A stretch of 29,993 nucleotides of DNA. Origin: a virus. Taxonomy: Duplodnaviria > Caudoviricetes. This document shows, piece by piece, positions 17,232 through 25,265 of the stretch. The DNA lies in the IMG/VR virus record IMGVR_UViG_3300030207_000090, positions 1-29,993 of that record; one strand, written 5' to 3'. Below the pieces are notes generated by a model, which saw only the letters and a list, made by a program, of their open reading frames with translations, was not told the DNA's origin and did no database searches. The translations under genes were made by a program, and so were the position numbers. The first letter of the stretch is position 1. Each line of letters begins with the position of its first letter.

Positions 17232-18120
17232 GCAACTATACATAAAACCTAGACTTACAGACGATCAAGCCAAACAGCTGAGTGGTGAGTTGCTGTCTGA
17301 TAAAGACTACAATAAGCTAATTACGTATGACGCTGACGTATATTGTGAAGAAACAGGAAGTTGCATAGCTAAGTTTCGCAAGAAGATTATACCAAGCAAT
17401 ATAGCAGAAACAGCATACGAGAATTTAAAGACAGCAGCTAAGCCGACAAACAATAGAGGTGGATCGTTAGGTGAAAAAGACGACAAAGGTAATAGCACTA
17501 TGTATCGTATTAAAAAAGACGGCACACAGTCTAAAACAAACAGCAGTATGACAGCAGCGAATAGTGGTATTATAGGTTACTTCGATAGGAACGCTCGTTT
17601 TCCATATTGCAGACAAACGTCATTTAATATAAATGAGTTTAGCAAGTTTAAAAAAGCATACCCTATCATTAAGTTAGTCGATACTAAGTACGCTGAGTTG
17701 ATGCCTGAGCATTACGCTAGACAGCGCAAACAAGCAGACGCAACTTCGCAAGACTTTGTTATACATAACACAGCTTTTACTACGGTAACCGTCAACAAGA
17801 ATTGGCAGACAGCTGTACACACAGACAAAGGGGACTTTGCTGACGGCTTCGGCAACTTAGTTGTGTTGCGAAAAGGTCGCTACACAGGTGGTTATTTTGT
17901 GCTACCAAAATGGGGCGTAGCATTTGATATGCAGAATTGCGACCTATTATTGACTGACGTACACCAATGGCACGGCAATACACCGATAACTAAAATAGAC
18001 GACAACGCAACAAGGGTTAGTTTAGTTATGTATTACAGAGAACAAATGATACATTGTGGTTCAGCTGAGGAAGAAGTTGACAGAGCGAAGCACAGAAAAC
18101 CTGGTGATAAGTTAGTGTGA
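17224..18120 (+). CDS. TET/JBP-family 2-oxoglutarate/Fe(II) DNA dioxygenase
   Basis: FTTVTVNKNWQTAVHTDKGD (HxD), DVHQWHGNT (distal His), RVSLVMYYR (2OG-binding Arg) and the upstream GYFDR...CR.T motif. Confidence 0.88.
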   Translation: MAKQLYIKPRLTDDQAKQLSGELLSDKDYNKLITYDADVYCEETGSCIAKFRKKIIPSNIAETAYENLKTAAKPTNNRGGSLGEKDDKGNSTMYRIKKDGTQSKTNSSMTAANSGIIGYFDRNARFPYCRQTSFNINEFSKFKKAYPIIKLVDTKYAELMPEHYARQRKQADATSQDFVIHNTAFTTVTVNKNWQTAVHTDKGDFADGFGNLVVLRKGRYTGGYFVLPKWGVAFDMQNCDLLLTDVHQWHGNTPITKIDDNATRVSLVMYYREQMIHCGSAEEEVDRAKHRKPGDKLV

Positions 18121-18737
18121 TGTGTGGTGTTGTTGGATTCAGTTGTGACAATCCTAGTGAAGAACACTACGATTTATTAGCAAAGCTAATTTGCGAAAGC
18201 GCAATACGTGGCTTGCATAGTTTCGGAATATCGTACACTAATCCTACATTCGGAATAGTGACTAAAAAAAACCACGACTTGATTGCTCTAAATATACCGA
18301 AAGTAAATAAGCTCATCTTTCATAATAGATATTCTACAAGTGGTGACTACAAAGATCACAAGAACAATCAACCCATTACAGATGGCAAAATAGCACTAGC
18401 ATTTAACGGCGTGATAGATATGCGCACAAAAGAAGAAATGGAAACAGCTTACGGAATACAAATGAGGACTGAGAACGATGGTGAAATTGTATTGCAGACG
18501 TGTGGCTCAGATAAAGAAAAGCTAAAGTCATTCGTAGAGAATACCACAGGATCGTTTGCAGGACTTATTTTAACGGCTTCTAACGAGCTTTTAGCAATTC
18601 GCAATACTAACAGACCATTGTGGACTTGCGAGTACAAAGACGGCGTTTATTTTGCTTCAACTAAAGATATATTCAAAAGAGCAGACTCTACGCTGAATCC
18701 GGTAGAGGTAAAACCTTATACAATTTATGAAAGTTAG
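18120..18737 (+). CDS. Stand-alone class II (Ntn) glutamine amidotransferase domain
   Basis: ATG 18120 gives M-CGVVG (N-terminal catalytic Cys); also RG.HSFG, HNRYSTSG, NNQP, NGVI, NDGE and RPL motifs; no synthase domain. Confidence 0.88.
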   Translation: MCGVVGFSCDNPSEEHYDLLAKLICESAIRGLHSFGISYTNPTFGIVTKKNHDLIALNIPKVNKLIFHNRYSTSGDYKDHKNNQPITDGKIALAFNGVIDMRTKEEMETAYGIQMRTENDGEIVLQTCGSDKEKLKSFVENTTGSFAGLILTASNELLAIRNTNRPLWTCEYKDGVYFASTKDIFKRADSTLNPVEVKPYTIYES

Positions 18738-19131
18738 AAAAGCAAATAAAGACGATGCTGACTTCATAAAGAAGATTCACAAGCAATACCCACAAGAATT
18801 AGGTAGCTTCAATTTGTTTTGGGCGTGGGACGATTATATCTCAGGGAAGAATAACACTAAGTATCTAATAATAGACAATGCAGGGTTTATGAGATACGGA
18901 TATTCTAAAAAATATAACGCTTATGTCTTATACGAAATAGGTGTTGATGCTGACAGCAAACAAAAAGGCGTTGGCAAAGCGTTATTCAAAAGACTTCCTA
19001 GACCTTTAATGCTCAAATGCAATAAAGACAACACACCTGGTAATGCGTTCTATGAGCGAATGGGTATGACGAAAGCCGGAAGCACACAAACAAAGAAAGG
19101 TGTAGCACAGAATATATGGTGGACTACATAA
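18727..19131 (+). CDS. GNAT-family N-acetyltransferase
   Basis: Acetyl-CoA motif A IGV....QKGVGKAL and motif B N..GNAFYERMG. Confidence 0.88.
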   Translation: MKVRKANKDDADFIKKIHKQYPQELGSFNLFWAWDDYISGKNNTKYLIIDNAGFMRYGYSKKYNAYVLYEIGVDADSKQKGVGKALFKRLPRPLMLKCNKDNTPGNAFYERMGMTKAGSTQTKKGVAQNIWWTT

Positions 19132-19985
19132 CATATCATATTCAATCCTCAGAAGCTAAGGACATAGATCCTAGCAACGATGCTTTGCGCTATGTGGCAG
19201 ACAGATTTGAATTGAATATAGAGCAGCGTTATTGGTTAGCGTTTTTATTTGGCACGTGCTACTCAGCTACAAATGTATATTATATATACAATGAGTTTCC
19301 GGACTACGAGAACGTGGACGTAAATAGATTACGCAGGTGGTGGGATAGCCACAAACACCAAACGCTATTTCAGACAGACAGACTCAGAGTAAAGACGCAA
19401 GACAAATTTGTAGAAACGTTTGAGAGTTATAGGAACTTAATGAACGGACGCACACAAGCTGACTATTTTGCTTCCCTAAAACAACCAACAAGACAAAACA
19501 CCTATGACAATTGCTTCCAGGATCTTTCACAAATAAGAAACTTCGGAAGATTCACAATGTTCATATACCTGGAAATGGTTAACGTACTAACCGGATATGA
19601 CTTCGAACCTACAATACTAGACCTAAAGAATGCAGAGAGCTGTCGTAATGGTCTAGTGTACTACTTAAACAGACCGGAGTTAGACACACACGGCAAAAAG
19701 AAAACAATAAGCAAACGTGCTATTCAGTACCTACAATATGAGTTCAGCGAATTAAAAAACCTTATACAAAGCTCAGACGTAGAACACAAGAACATTTGGA
19801 ACATAGAAACTACGCTATGCGCATACAAGAAATACAGACTAGGCAAAAGATATGTAGGGTATTATATTGAACGTATGAGGAAGGAGATTGAGAAAATGGA
19901 AACGCTAGTACCATACGGCGTTGATTGGTCTGTCCTTTGGCAATTTAGAAAAGAAACATACGACAAGAAATGGCTAACAGAATAA
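19116..19985 (+). CDS. Amino acid:DNA transferase-like protein (ADDT / aGPT-Pplase family, HhH glycosylase-like fold)
   Basis: DIDP, RYWLAFL, TDR, HhH-like I.NFGRF..F.YLE and C-terminal IETTLCAYKK...RYVGYY motifs; adjacent to the kinase as in thymidine hypermodification clusters. Confidence 0.75.
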   Translation: MVDYITYHIQSSEAKDIDPSNDALRYVADRFELNIEQRYWLAFLFGTCYSATNVYYIYNEFPDYENVDVNRLRRWWDSHKHQTLFQTDRLRVKTQDKFVETFESYRNLMNGRTQADYFASLKQPTRQNTYDNCFQDLSQIRNFGRFTMFIYLEMVNVLTGYDFEPTILDLKNAESCRNGLVYYLNRPELDTHGKKKTISKRAIQYLQYEFSELKNLIQSSDVEHKNIWNIETTLCAYKKYRLGKRYVGYYIERMRKEIEKMETLVPYGVDWSVLWQFRKETYDKKWLTE

Positions 19986-20515
19986 TAGCAATAGGTGGTG
20001 AACCTGCTACTGGCAAGACTTCGCTAATGCGCACACTAATTAAACGCTTAACAATAGCTGAGAATATGCCGTTGCGTACATTTAAGTATAGTCTTATTCA
20101 GGGACTTTATTCTAAACAAGATAAGCTATACATAATAGGGATATATGACGAGTCGTTATTTAGTGGTACAGACAAATTATCAATGGCAGTACAACCTGTC
20201 TTTCTAGACTTTACTAATGCGCTAGAAGATTCGACTATTATATTTGAAGGTGACAGACTATTCAATCAGAGTCTATTCAACGAGCGCAAGTGTGACATAA
20301 TCATACTTCAAGCAGACGACATAACAAAAAAGCTCAGGCACAAAGATCGTCAAGACAATCAGACTGACAAGTTCTTAAAAGCTAAAAAGACAAAGATTGA
20401 GAACATAAAAGAAAACAACAATACCAAAATACTATCGAACAACAATGACGTTGAGAGAGAAGCTAATTTGAGTTACATAATGCATTTGATAAATGAACAA
20501 AACCGAACACCATAA
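19970..20515 (+). CDS. P-loop kinase, putative 5-hydroxymethylpyrimidine DNA kinase
   Basis: Walker A GGEPATGKT, plus G.Y....F.GTDKLSMAVQP and FEGDRL motifs; context next to the ADDT-like gene. Confidence 0.75.
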   Translation: MANRIIAIGGEPATGKTSLMRTLIKRLTIAENMPLRTFKYSLIQGLYSKQDKLYIIGIYDESLFSGTDKLSMAVQPVFLDFTNALEDSTIIFEGDRLFNQSLFNERKCDIIILQADDITKKLRHKDRQDNQTDKFLKAKKTKIENIKENNNTKILSNNNDVEREANLSYIMHLINEQNRTP

Positions 20516-20825
20516 AAAGGCATTACTTGATGCTCTTGAGAAATCACTAGGCGTAGTTACGACTGCGTGTAAGACAGCTAACGTAGGAAGGACTACTTAC
20601 TATGACTGGCTTAAAACAGACGAGGACTTTAAGCAACAGGTAGAAAGCATACAGGACATAGCACTTGACTTCGCAGAAAGTCAGTTGCACAAACAGATAG
20701 GTGACGGCAGTACAGCTGCAACAATCTTCTACCTTAAAACAAAAGGCAAGAACAGAGGGTATGTTGAACGTCAAGAAATAGACCTAACAGAAGCAAAGCC
20801 GTTCACGTGGTTCGATAACGATTGA
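20493..20825 (+). CDS. terS: Terminase small subunit
   Basis: HTH (VTTACKTANVGRTTYYDW) and ATIFYLKTKGK.RGY.E motif; overlaps terL. Confidence 0.8.
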   Translation: MNKTEHHKKALLDALEKSLGVVTTACKTANVGRTTYYDWLKTDEDFKQQVESIQDIALDFAESQLHKQIGDGSTAATIFYLKTKGKNRGYVERQEIDLTEAKPFTWFDND

Positions 20826-21976
20826 AGCAACCGACTACATACTATCAAGCTAAAAAATCAATAGCTAAGATTCAAGTACATCAAGGAGGTACAAGATCTG
20901 GAAAGACGTATTCAATATGTCAGGTGCTTATTGAGTTATGCTACTTAAATAAGAATGCCGGTATAATTATTACAATTGTGCGTAAGACGTTTCCTGCATT
21001 GCGTTCTTCTGTTATGCGTGACTTCTTCGAAATACTTAGCAAAGGAGGCAATTATAGACCGGAACTACACAACAAGAGTTCAGCAACGTATAAGCTGTTT
21101 GGTAATCTCATAGAGTTTATTAGCGCAGATCAACCACAAAAACTACGTGGACGTAAGCGACATATACTATACATAAACGAAGCAAATGAGCTGAGCCTGG
21201 AAGACTTTAGGCAGCTAATACTTAGAACAACAACCAGGACTATAATAGACTACAATCCTGCTGACGAATACCATTGGATATACGATCACGTACTAGAGCG
21301 TAATGACGTTGAGTTTTTTAAGACTACATACAAAGACAACCCATTCTTAGAGCAAAGCGTAATAGATGAAATAGAACGATTCAAAGAAACAGATGAGAAC
21401 TATTGGCGTATATACGGACTAGGTGAGCGAGGTGTAAACGTTTCAGCTATCTTCCCACAATGGCAAGTAGCAGATAACCTACCTGAGAATGCGAAGCTAG
21501 TAGCATACGGAATGGATTGGGGATTCACAAACGATCCGACTGCGCTTGTATCTGTATGGCGTGTAGATTACTCTTTGTATATTAGAGAACACCTATACAA
21601 AACAGGTATGACTAATCAAGATATTAGCAACGAATTAGATGCTATGCAATTAGATCGTACACCAATCATTTGCGACTCAGCTGAGCCAAAGTCAATAGAA
21701 GAATTACACAGATTAGGACACAACGTTAAACCTGCTAAGAAAGGTCCAGACTCAATACGTCTAGGAATAGACATAATGAAACGACACAAATTATATATAC
21801 TAGCAGACAGTACAAACGCACAAAAAGAATTTAGAAATTACAGGTGGGAAACAGACAAGAACGGCGTTAACCTAAGCAAACCAAAAGACGCTAACAATCA
21901 CATAGTTGATGCGGTTCGCTATGTCTGTATAAACAGAATCGGAACACCTTACTCAGGCAAATACTACATATCGTGA
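20822..21976 (+). CDS. terL: Terminase large subunit (PBSX/SPP1-like, Terminase_3)
   Basis: Walker A GGTRSGKT, Walker B YINEANE, DYNP, and nuclease motifs DWG, DSAEP and NH.VDA.RY. Confidence 0.95.
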   Translation: MKQPTTYYQAKKSIAKIQVHQGGTRSGKTYSICQVLIELCYLNKNAGIIITIVRKTFPALRSSVMRDFFEILSKGGNYRPELHNKSSATYKLFGNLIEFISADQPQKLRGRKRHILYINEANELSLEDFRQLILRTTTRTIIDYNPADEYHWIYDHVLERNDVEFFKTTYKDNPFLEQSVIDEIERFKETDENYWRIYGLGERGVNVSAIFPQWQVADNLPENAKLVAYGMDWGFTNDPTALVSVWRVDYSLYIREHLYKTGMTNQDISNELDAMQLDRTPIICDSAEPKSIEELHRLGHNVKPAKKGPDSIRLGIDIMKRHKLYILADSTNAQKEFRNYRWETDKNGVNLSKPKDANNHIVDAVRYVCINRIGTPYSGKYYIS

Positions 21977-22536
21977 AATTAAACGTACCAAATTCATTAG
22001 AAGATATATCTGTTGCACAATACAGAAAGTTAGCTAACATAGATTTGACACAAGACGAAACAAAGTGGCTAAAAGAAACAATTAGTGTATTGTGTAACCT
22101 TGACGAAAAGGTCGTGAATAAGCTATCACTAAAAGAGCTACAAAAGATAGGCACAGTAATAAACAAGATTACTGACGCTGACACAAACGACCAGGAGTTA
22201 GTAAAGAAGATTGATTACAAAGGGAAACGTTATGGATTTCACCCAAACCTATCTAAGCTGACAGTTGGTGAGTTTGCTGATTTAGAAACATATTGTGCAG
22301 CAGGTTTCTTTGAACACATAAACGAGATTATTAGCATACTATATAGACCGATAAAACAAGAACACAAAGACTTCTATCAAATAGAAGAATATACAGGTGA
22401 GGTGTTTCCAGACTATTGGGACGACTTAAAAATGAACGTTGTGTTAGGCGCAACCAATTTTTTTTTATCTATAGGCGAAACGTTAACAACAGATTTGCTC
22501 AGCTCTTTACGTCAGGAGAAGGAGGAGAAGACATAA
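21973..22536 (+). CDS. Tail assembly chaperone (short, gpG-like form)
   Basis: YGFHPNL..LT.GEFADLE motif; carries a slippery T9 tract near its 3' end. Confidence 0.65.
   Translation: MKLNVPNSLEDISVAQYRKLANIDLTQDETKWLKETISVLCNLDEKVVNKLSLKELQKIGTVINKITDADTNDQELVKKIDYKGKRYGFHPNLSKLTVGEFADLETYCAAGFFEHINEIISILYRPIKQEHKDFYQIEEYTGEVFPDYWDDLKMNVVLGATNFFLSIGETLTTDLLSSLRQEKEEKT
22458..22467 (+). other. -1 programmed ribosomal frameshift site (T TTT TTA)
   Basis: Zero-frame codons AAT TTT TTT TTA; the -1 frame is open to 22706. Confidence 0.75.
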
Positions 22537-22706
22537 TTGCTAAGAAGTGGGGTTGGTATGTTATTATACATACGCTTGCCGGTGGAGATCCGTTGAAGAT
22601 AACAGCAGCTACCGAAATTGAGATAGAATCGGCGTTTACATATTTAGCTTATGAACAAGATAAAAGTCGTCAAGGTAAGTCACCTGACGCAAGTCAATAT
22701 AGATGA
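22464..22706 (+). CDS. Tail assembly chaperone frameshift extension (gpGT-like, ~244 aa fusion)
   Basis: The -1 frame ORF lacks a convincing start of its own, contains KWGWY..I..LAGGD, and its stop overlaps the next ATG. Confidence 0.7.
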   Translation, partial: FIYRRNVNNRFAQLFTSGEGGEDIIAKKWGWYVIIHTLAGGDPLKITAATEIEIESAFTYLAYEQDKSRQGKSPDASQYR

Positions 22707-23161
22707 AAACGTACACACAGATAAATAACCTGCTACAAACGATTGCAGATGACCATTTAATGATACAACACTACGCAAGTGGTGGTATGGACGAGGTAGA
22801 TATAAACAAACTAGCACAAACGCAATACCCTTTTCTATACGCTGAATTGTTAGGTGCAGACATAGACAACGGCGTAATGAGTTACGATATTGAGTTGTTA
22901 GTAGCAGAACTAATTGAACCAGATTTAAGTGACAGAACACAAGTGTATTCAGATACGTTACAGATGCTACACGACGTTCTTAATCAGTTTATACAATCGT
23001 TAGCAAATACGAATACAACAGTAGATAACGACTACAAAGTAGAGCTTCCAATAAGCTGTACGCCATTCACAGTAAGGTTTGACAATCATTTGACAGGATT
23101 CAGCGCAACTATAACAGTTGAGGTTTCGAATAAAAATGACTTATGTATTAGTCCTTACTAA
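22703..23161 (+). CDS. Tail terminator / completion-like protein
   Basis: 152 aa acidic alpha/beta protein with YP.L and PF..RFD..L.G motifs, in the tail module. Confidence 0.55.
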   Translation: MKTYTQINNLLQTIADDHLMIQHYASGGMDEVDINKLAQTQYPFLYAELLGADIDNGVMSYDIELLVAELIEPDLSDRTQVYSDTLQMLHDVLNQFIQSLANTNTTVDNDYKVELPISCTPFTVRFDNHLTGFSATITVEVSNKNDLCISPY

Positions 23162-23760
23162 TGGCAAAGAGGGTAACAATAAAAGTAGGTAACACAGACT
23201 ACCCTGCACCGGCGACACAAAAGGCATTGTTGAAGCTCGGTAAGCAATGGCGCAAGAATGCTCGTATAAGTTTACGCAAACAAGGCAAAGTCAATACCGG
23301 AAAGCTATATAATAGTATGAAGCCAAAACTTGGACAGAATCAATATAGTATGTTTGTAACGCTTACGCCGAAAGTACCTTATTGGCGTTTTGTAGATTTA
23401 GGTGTAAGAGGTAATACGTCAGACAAGTTCGGCTCACAACAACGCAAGTCGCCATTTAGATTTGGTTCAGGCAAAGGAGCAAAAGGTGGTCTAACAAAAG
23501 CAATTAGAGCTTGGGTAGAGCGAAAGCGTTTTCAGTTTCAGAATGAAGCAGGTAGGTTTATGTCATACGAACAGACAGCGTTTGCCGTAACACGATCTAT
23601 ATGGAACAGAGGACTAAAGCCAACCTTGTTCATAACAAAGACAGGAGCAAACCTAGAAAAGAAAGCAACAAAAATACTAAAAGATTCTTACACAGAAGAT
23701 TTAGCAGGAGCAATAGCACAATCACTAAAGGGTAACAACAGAAAAGTAATAGAGAAATGA
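23161..23760 (+). CDS. Tail completion / neck protein (HK97 gp10-like)
   Basis: Basic protein with TG.LY.S, Y..FVD.GV.G and SI..RGLKPT.F motifs. Confidence 0.6.
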   Translation: MAKRVTIKVGNTDYPAPATQKALLKLGKQWRKNARISLRKQGKVNTGKLYNSMKPKLGQNQYSMFVTLTPKVPYWRFVDLGVRGNTSDKFGSQQRKSPFRFGSGKGAKGGLTKAIRAWVERKRFQFQNEAGRFMSYEQTAFAVTRSIWNRGLKPTLFITKTGANLEKKATKILKDSYTEDLAGAIAQSLKGNNRKVIEK

Positions 23761-25265
23761 GTATGTCAGTAGATCAGCGTCCGAATAACACAAACATACA
23801 CGGCGCATTCGAACAGCTTATGTTTAGCATATCGTCAACAGAACAAGCTAGTACGTCACCACAATATTATCGTTTCAGGTATATATGCGACTTGTACGTT
23901 GGTGGTGCTTTGAAAGCTAGAGTTAAAGTATATCCGAATCAAAATGGGCAAGGCATATTCAGAGTTGATAAGCTAATACAAGACTTTATGAGTTGCACAA
24001 AGGCAGATCAGAACGTAACAGCTGACGACTTCTATACAAGAACGATACACAATTTAGGTGCAAATAATACGGGCAAGATATTTAGTAATAACAACGGTGA
24101 GAACTACAGAAAAGTAGAGTTCAAATTTGGGCAAGAGTATTCAAGTAGTCTAACAACAGATCCAACAATATACGCAGACCAAATAACAGGCGAGTACGTT
24201 AGTGTTATTATGAGCGCAGGGTGGAGCAGGACGCAATCAGCAACGCAAACGTGGGATACAGGTATTGCCTTTTGGAATTATAACGAAAGTTGGATTGACT
24301 CAAGATATGTTTTAGAAGATTACGGAGATGCATTTCTAACAGATCGTTTTACAGCTACGTCAGGCACTACGCAAACGCTAGGTACAGCAAAACGCGAAGT
24401 AATTAAAGTACAGAGTAATGGCTACTACACGTTAGGGTTTATAGCTGAGGGTGCTGCACCTGGTGGTTCTACTATACAAAGTATGTACGTATGCGCTTAT
24501 AATTCGTCAAATTCTCTTTTAGCTTCACATCATTTTATTTTAGGGACTGACGGTGGTGAAGCTGTTGCAAGTGTTAATGAAGATAGAGAACGCCTACAAT
24601 ACTTCGGTTGTGGTCCTGCACAAATGAGTACACAGACTATTGACACAGGACTTAAAAACGCATTTTCAAATGACACAGTTGCGTACTACGAAGTTATGGC
24701 ACTAAATGACACGTCATCTACGCCAACAGCTAGTTCAGACGCTTCTTTAGTTTCATTACTATACAGGTTTGAGATACAAGACTGCACAAGCATATACCAA
24801 GACGGCAATCAGCCTGTAACAGTAGCTTGGCAAAATTCACTTGGTTGTTGGGACTATCAAGATTTTATACTACGCAAAAATGACACTATGAGCGTACAAC
24901 GTAAGACGTTTAGACAAGTACAAGGTAATTGGGACACAGCTAATGCAAATCAGTTTTGGAACTTTAGAGGTGACGAAGGAGGTGAGCGTGTTATTAAAAC
25001 AGACGCTACAAAACAGATGACGCTAACGACAGATTTACTTAGTAATGAAATTGACGTTGATATGTTAGAGTCAATAATGCTGTCACCACAGGTATATCTG
25101 TTAGCATCAAGCAATGGAATAGGTGTAACGCCTATCGTTGTAACAGACACTAGCTTCATAAGAAAAAAGAATGTAAACGAGCGCAGTCCGTTCTTGTATC
25201 AATTAAAATTCAAGTACGCACACAACAGACCGGTAACAAAAGCCGGAACATACTCATACAGCTAA
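23757..25265 (+). CDS. Tail tip / baseplate structural protein
   Basis: 502 aa beta-rich protein with W.NSLG.WDY and SP.VY motifs, in the tail module. Confidence 0.6.
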   Translation: MSMSVDQRPNNTNIHGAFEQLMFSISSTEQASTSPQYYRFRYICDLYVGGALKARVKVYPNQNGQGIFRVDKLIQDFMSCTKADQNVTADDFYTRTIHNLGANNTGKIFSNNNGENYRKVEFKFGQEYSSSLTTDPTIYADQITGEYVSVIMSAGWSRTQSATQTWDTGIAFWNYNESWIDSRYVLEDYGDAFLTDRFTATSGTTQTLGTAKREVIKVQSNGYYTLGFIAEGAAPGGSTIQSMYVCAYNSSNSLLASHHFILGTDGGEAVASVNEDRERLQYFGCGPAQMSTQTIDTGLKNAFSNDTVAYYEVMALNDTSSTPTASSDASLVSLLYRFEIQDCTSIYQDGNQPVTVAWQNSLGCWDYQDFILRKNDTMSVQRKTFRQVQGNWDTANANQFWNFRGDEGGERVIKTDATKQMTLTTDLLSNEIDVDMLESIMLSPQVYLLASSNGIGVTPIVVTDTSFIRKKNVNERSPFLYQLKFKYAHNRPVTKAGTYSYS

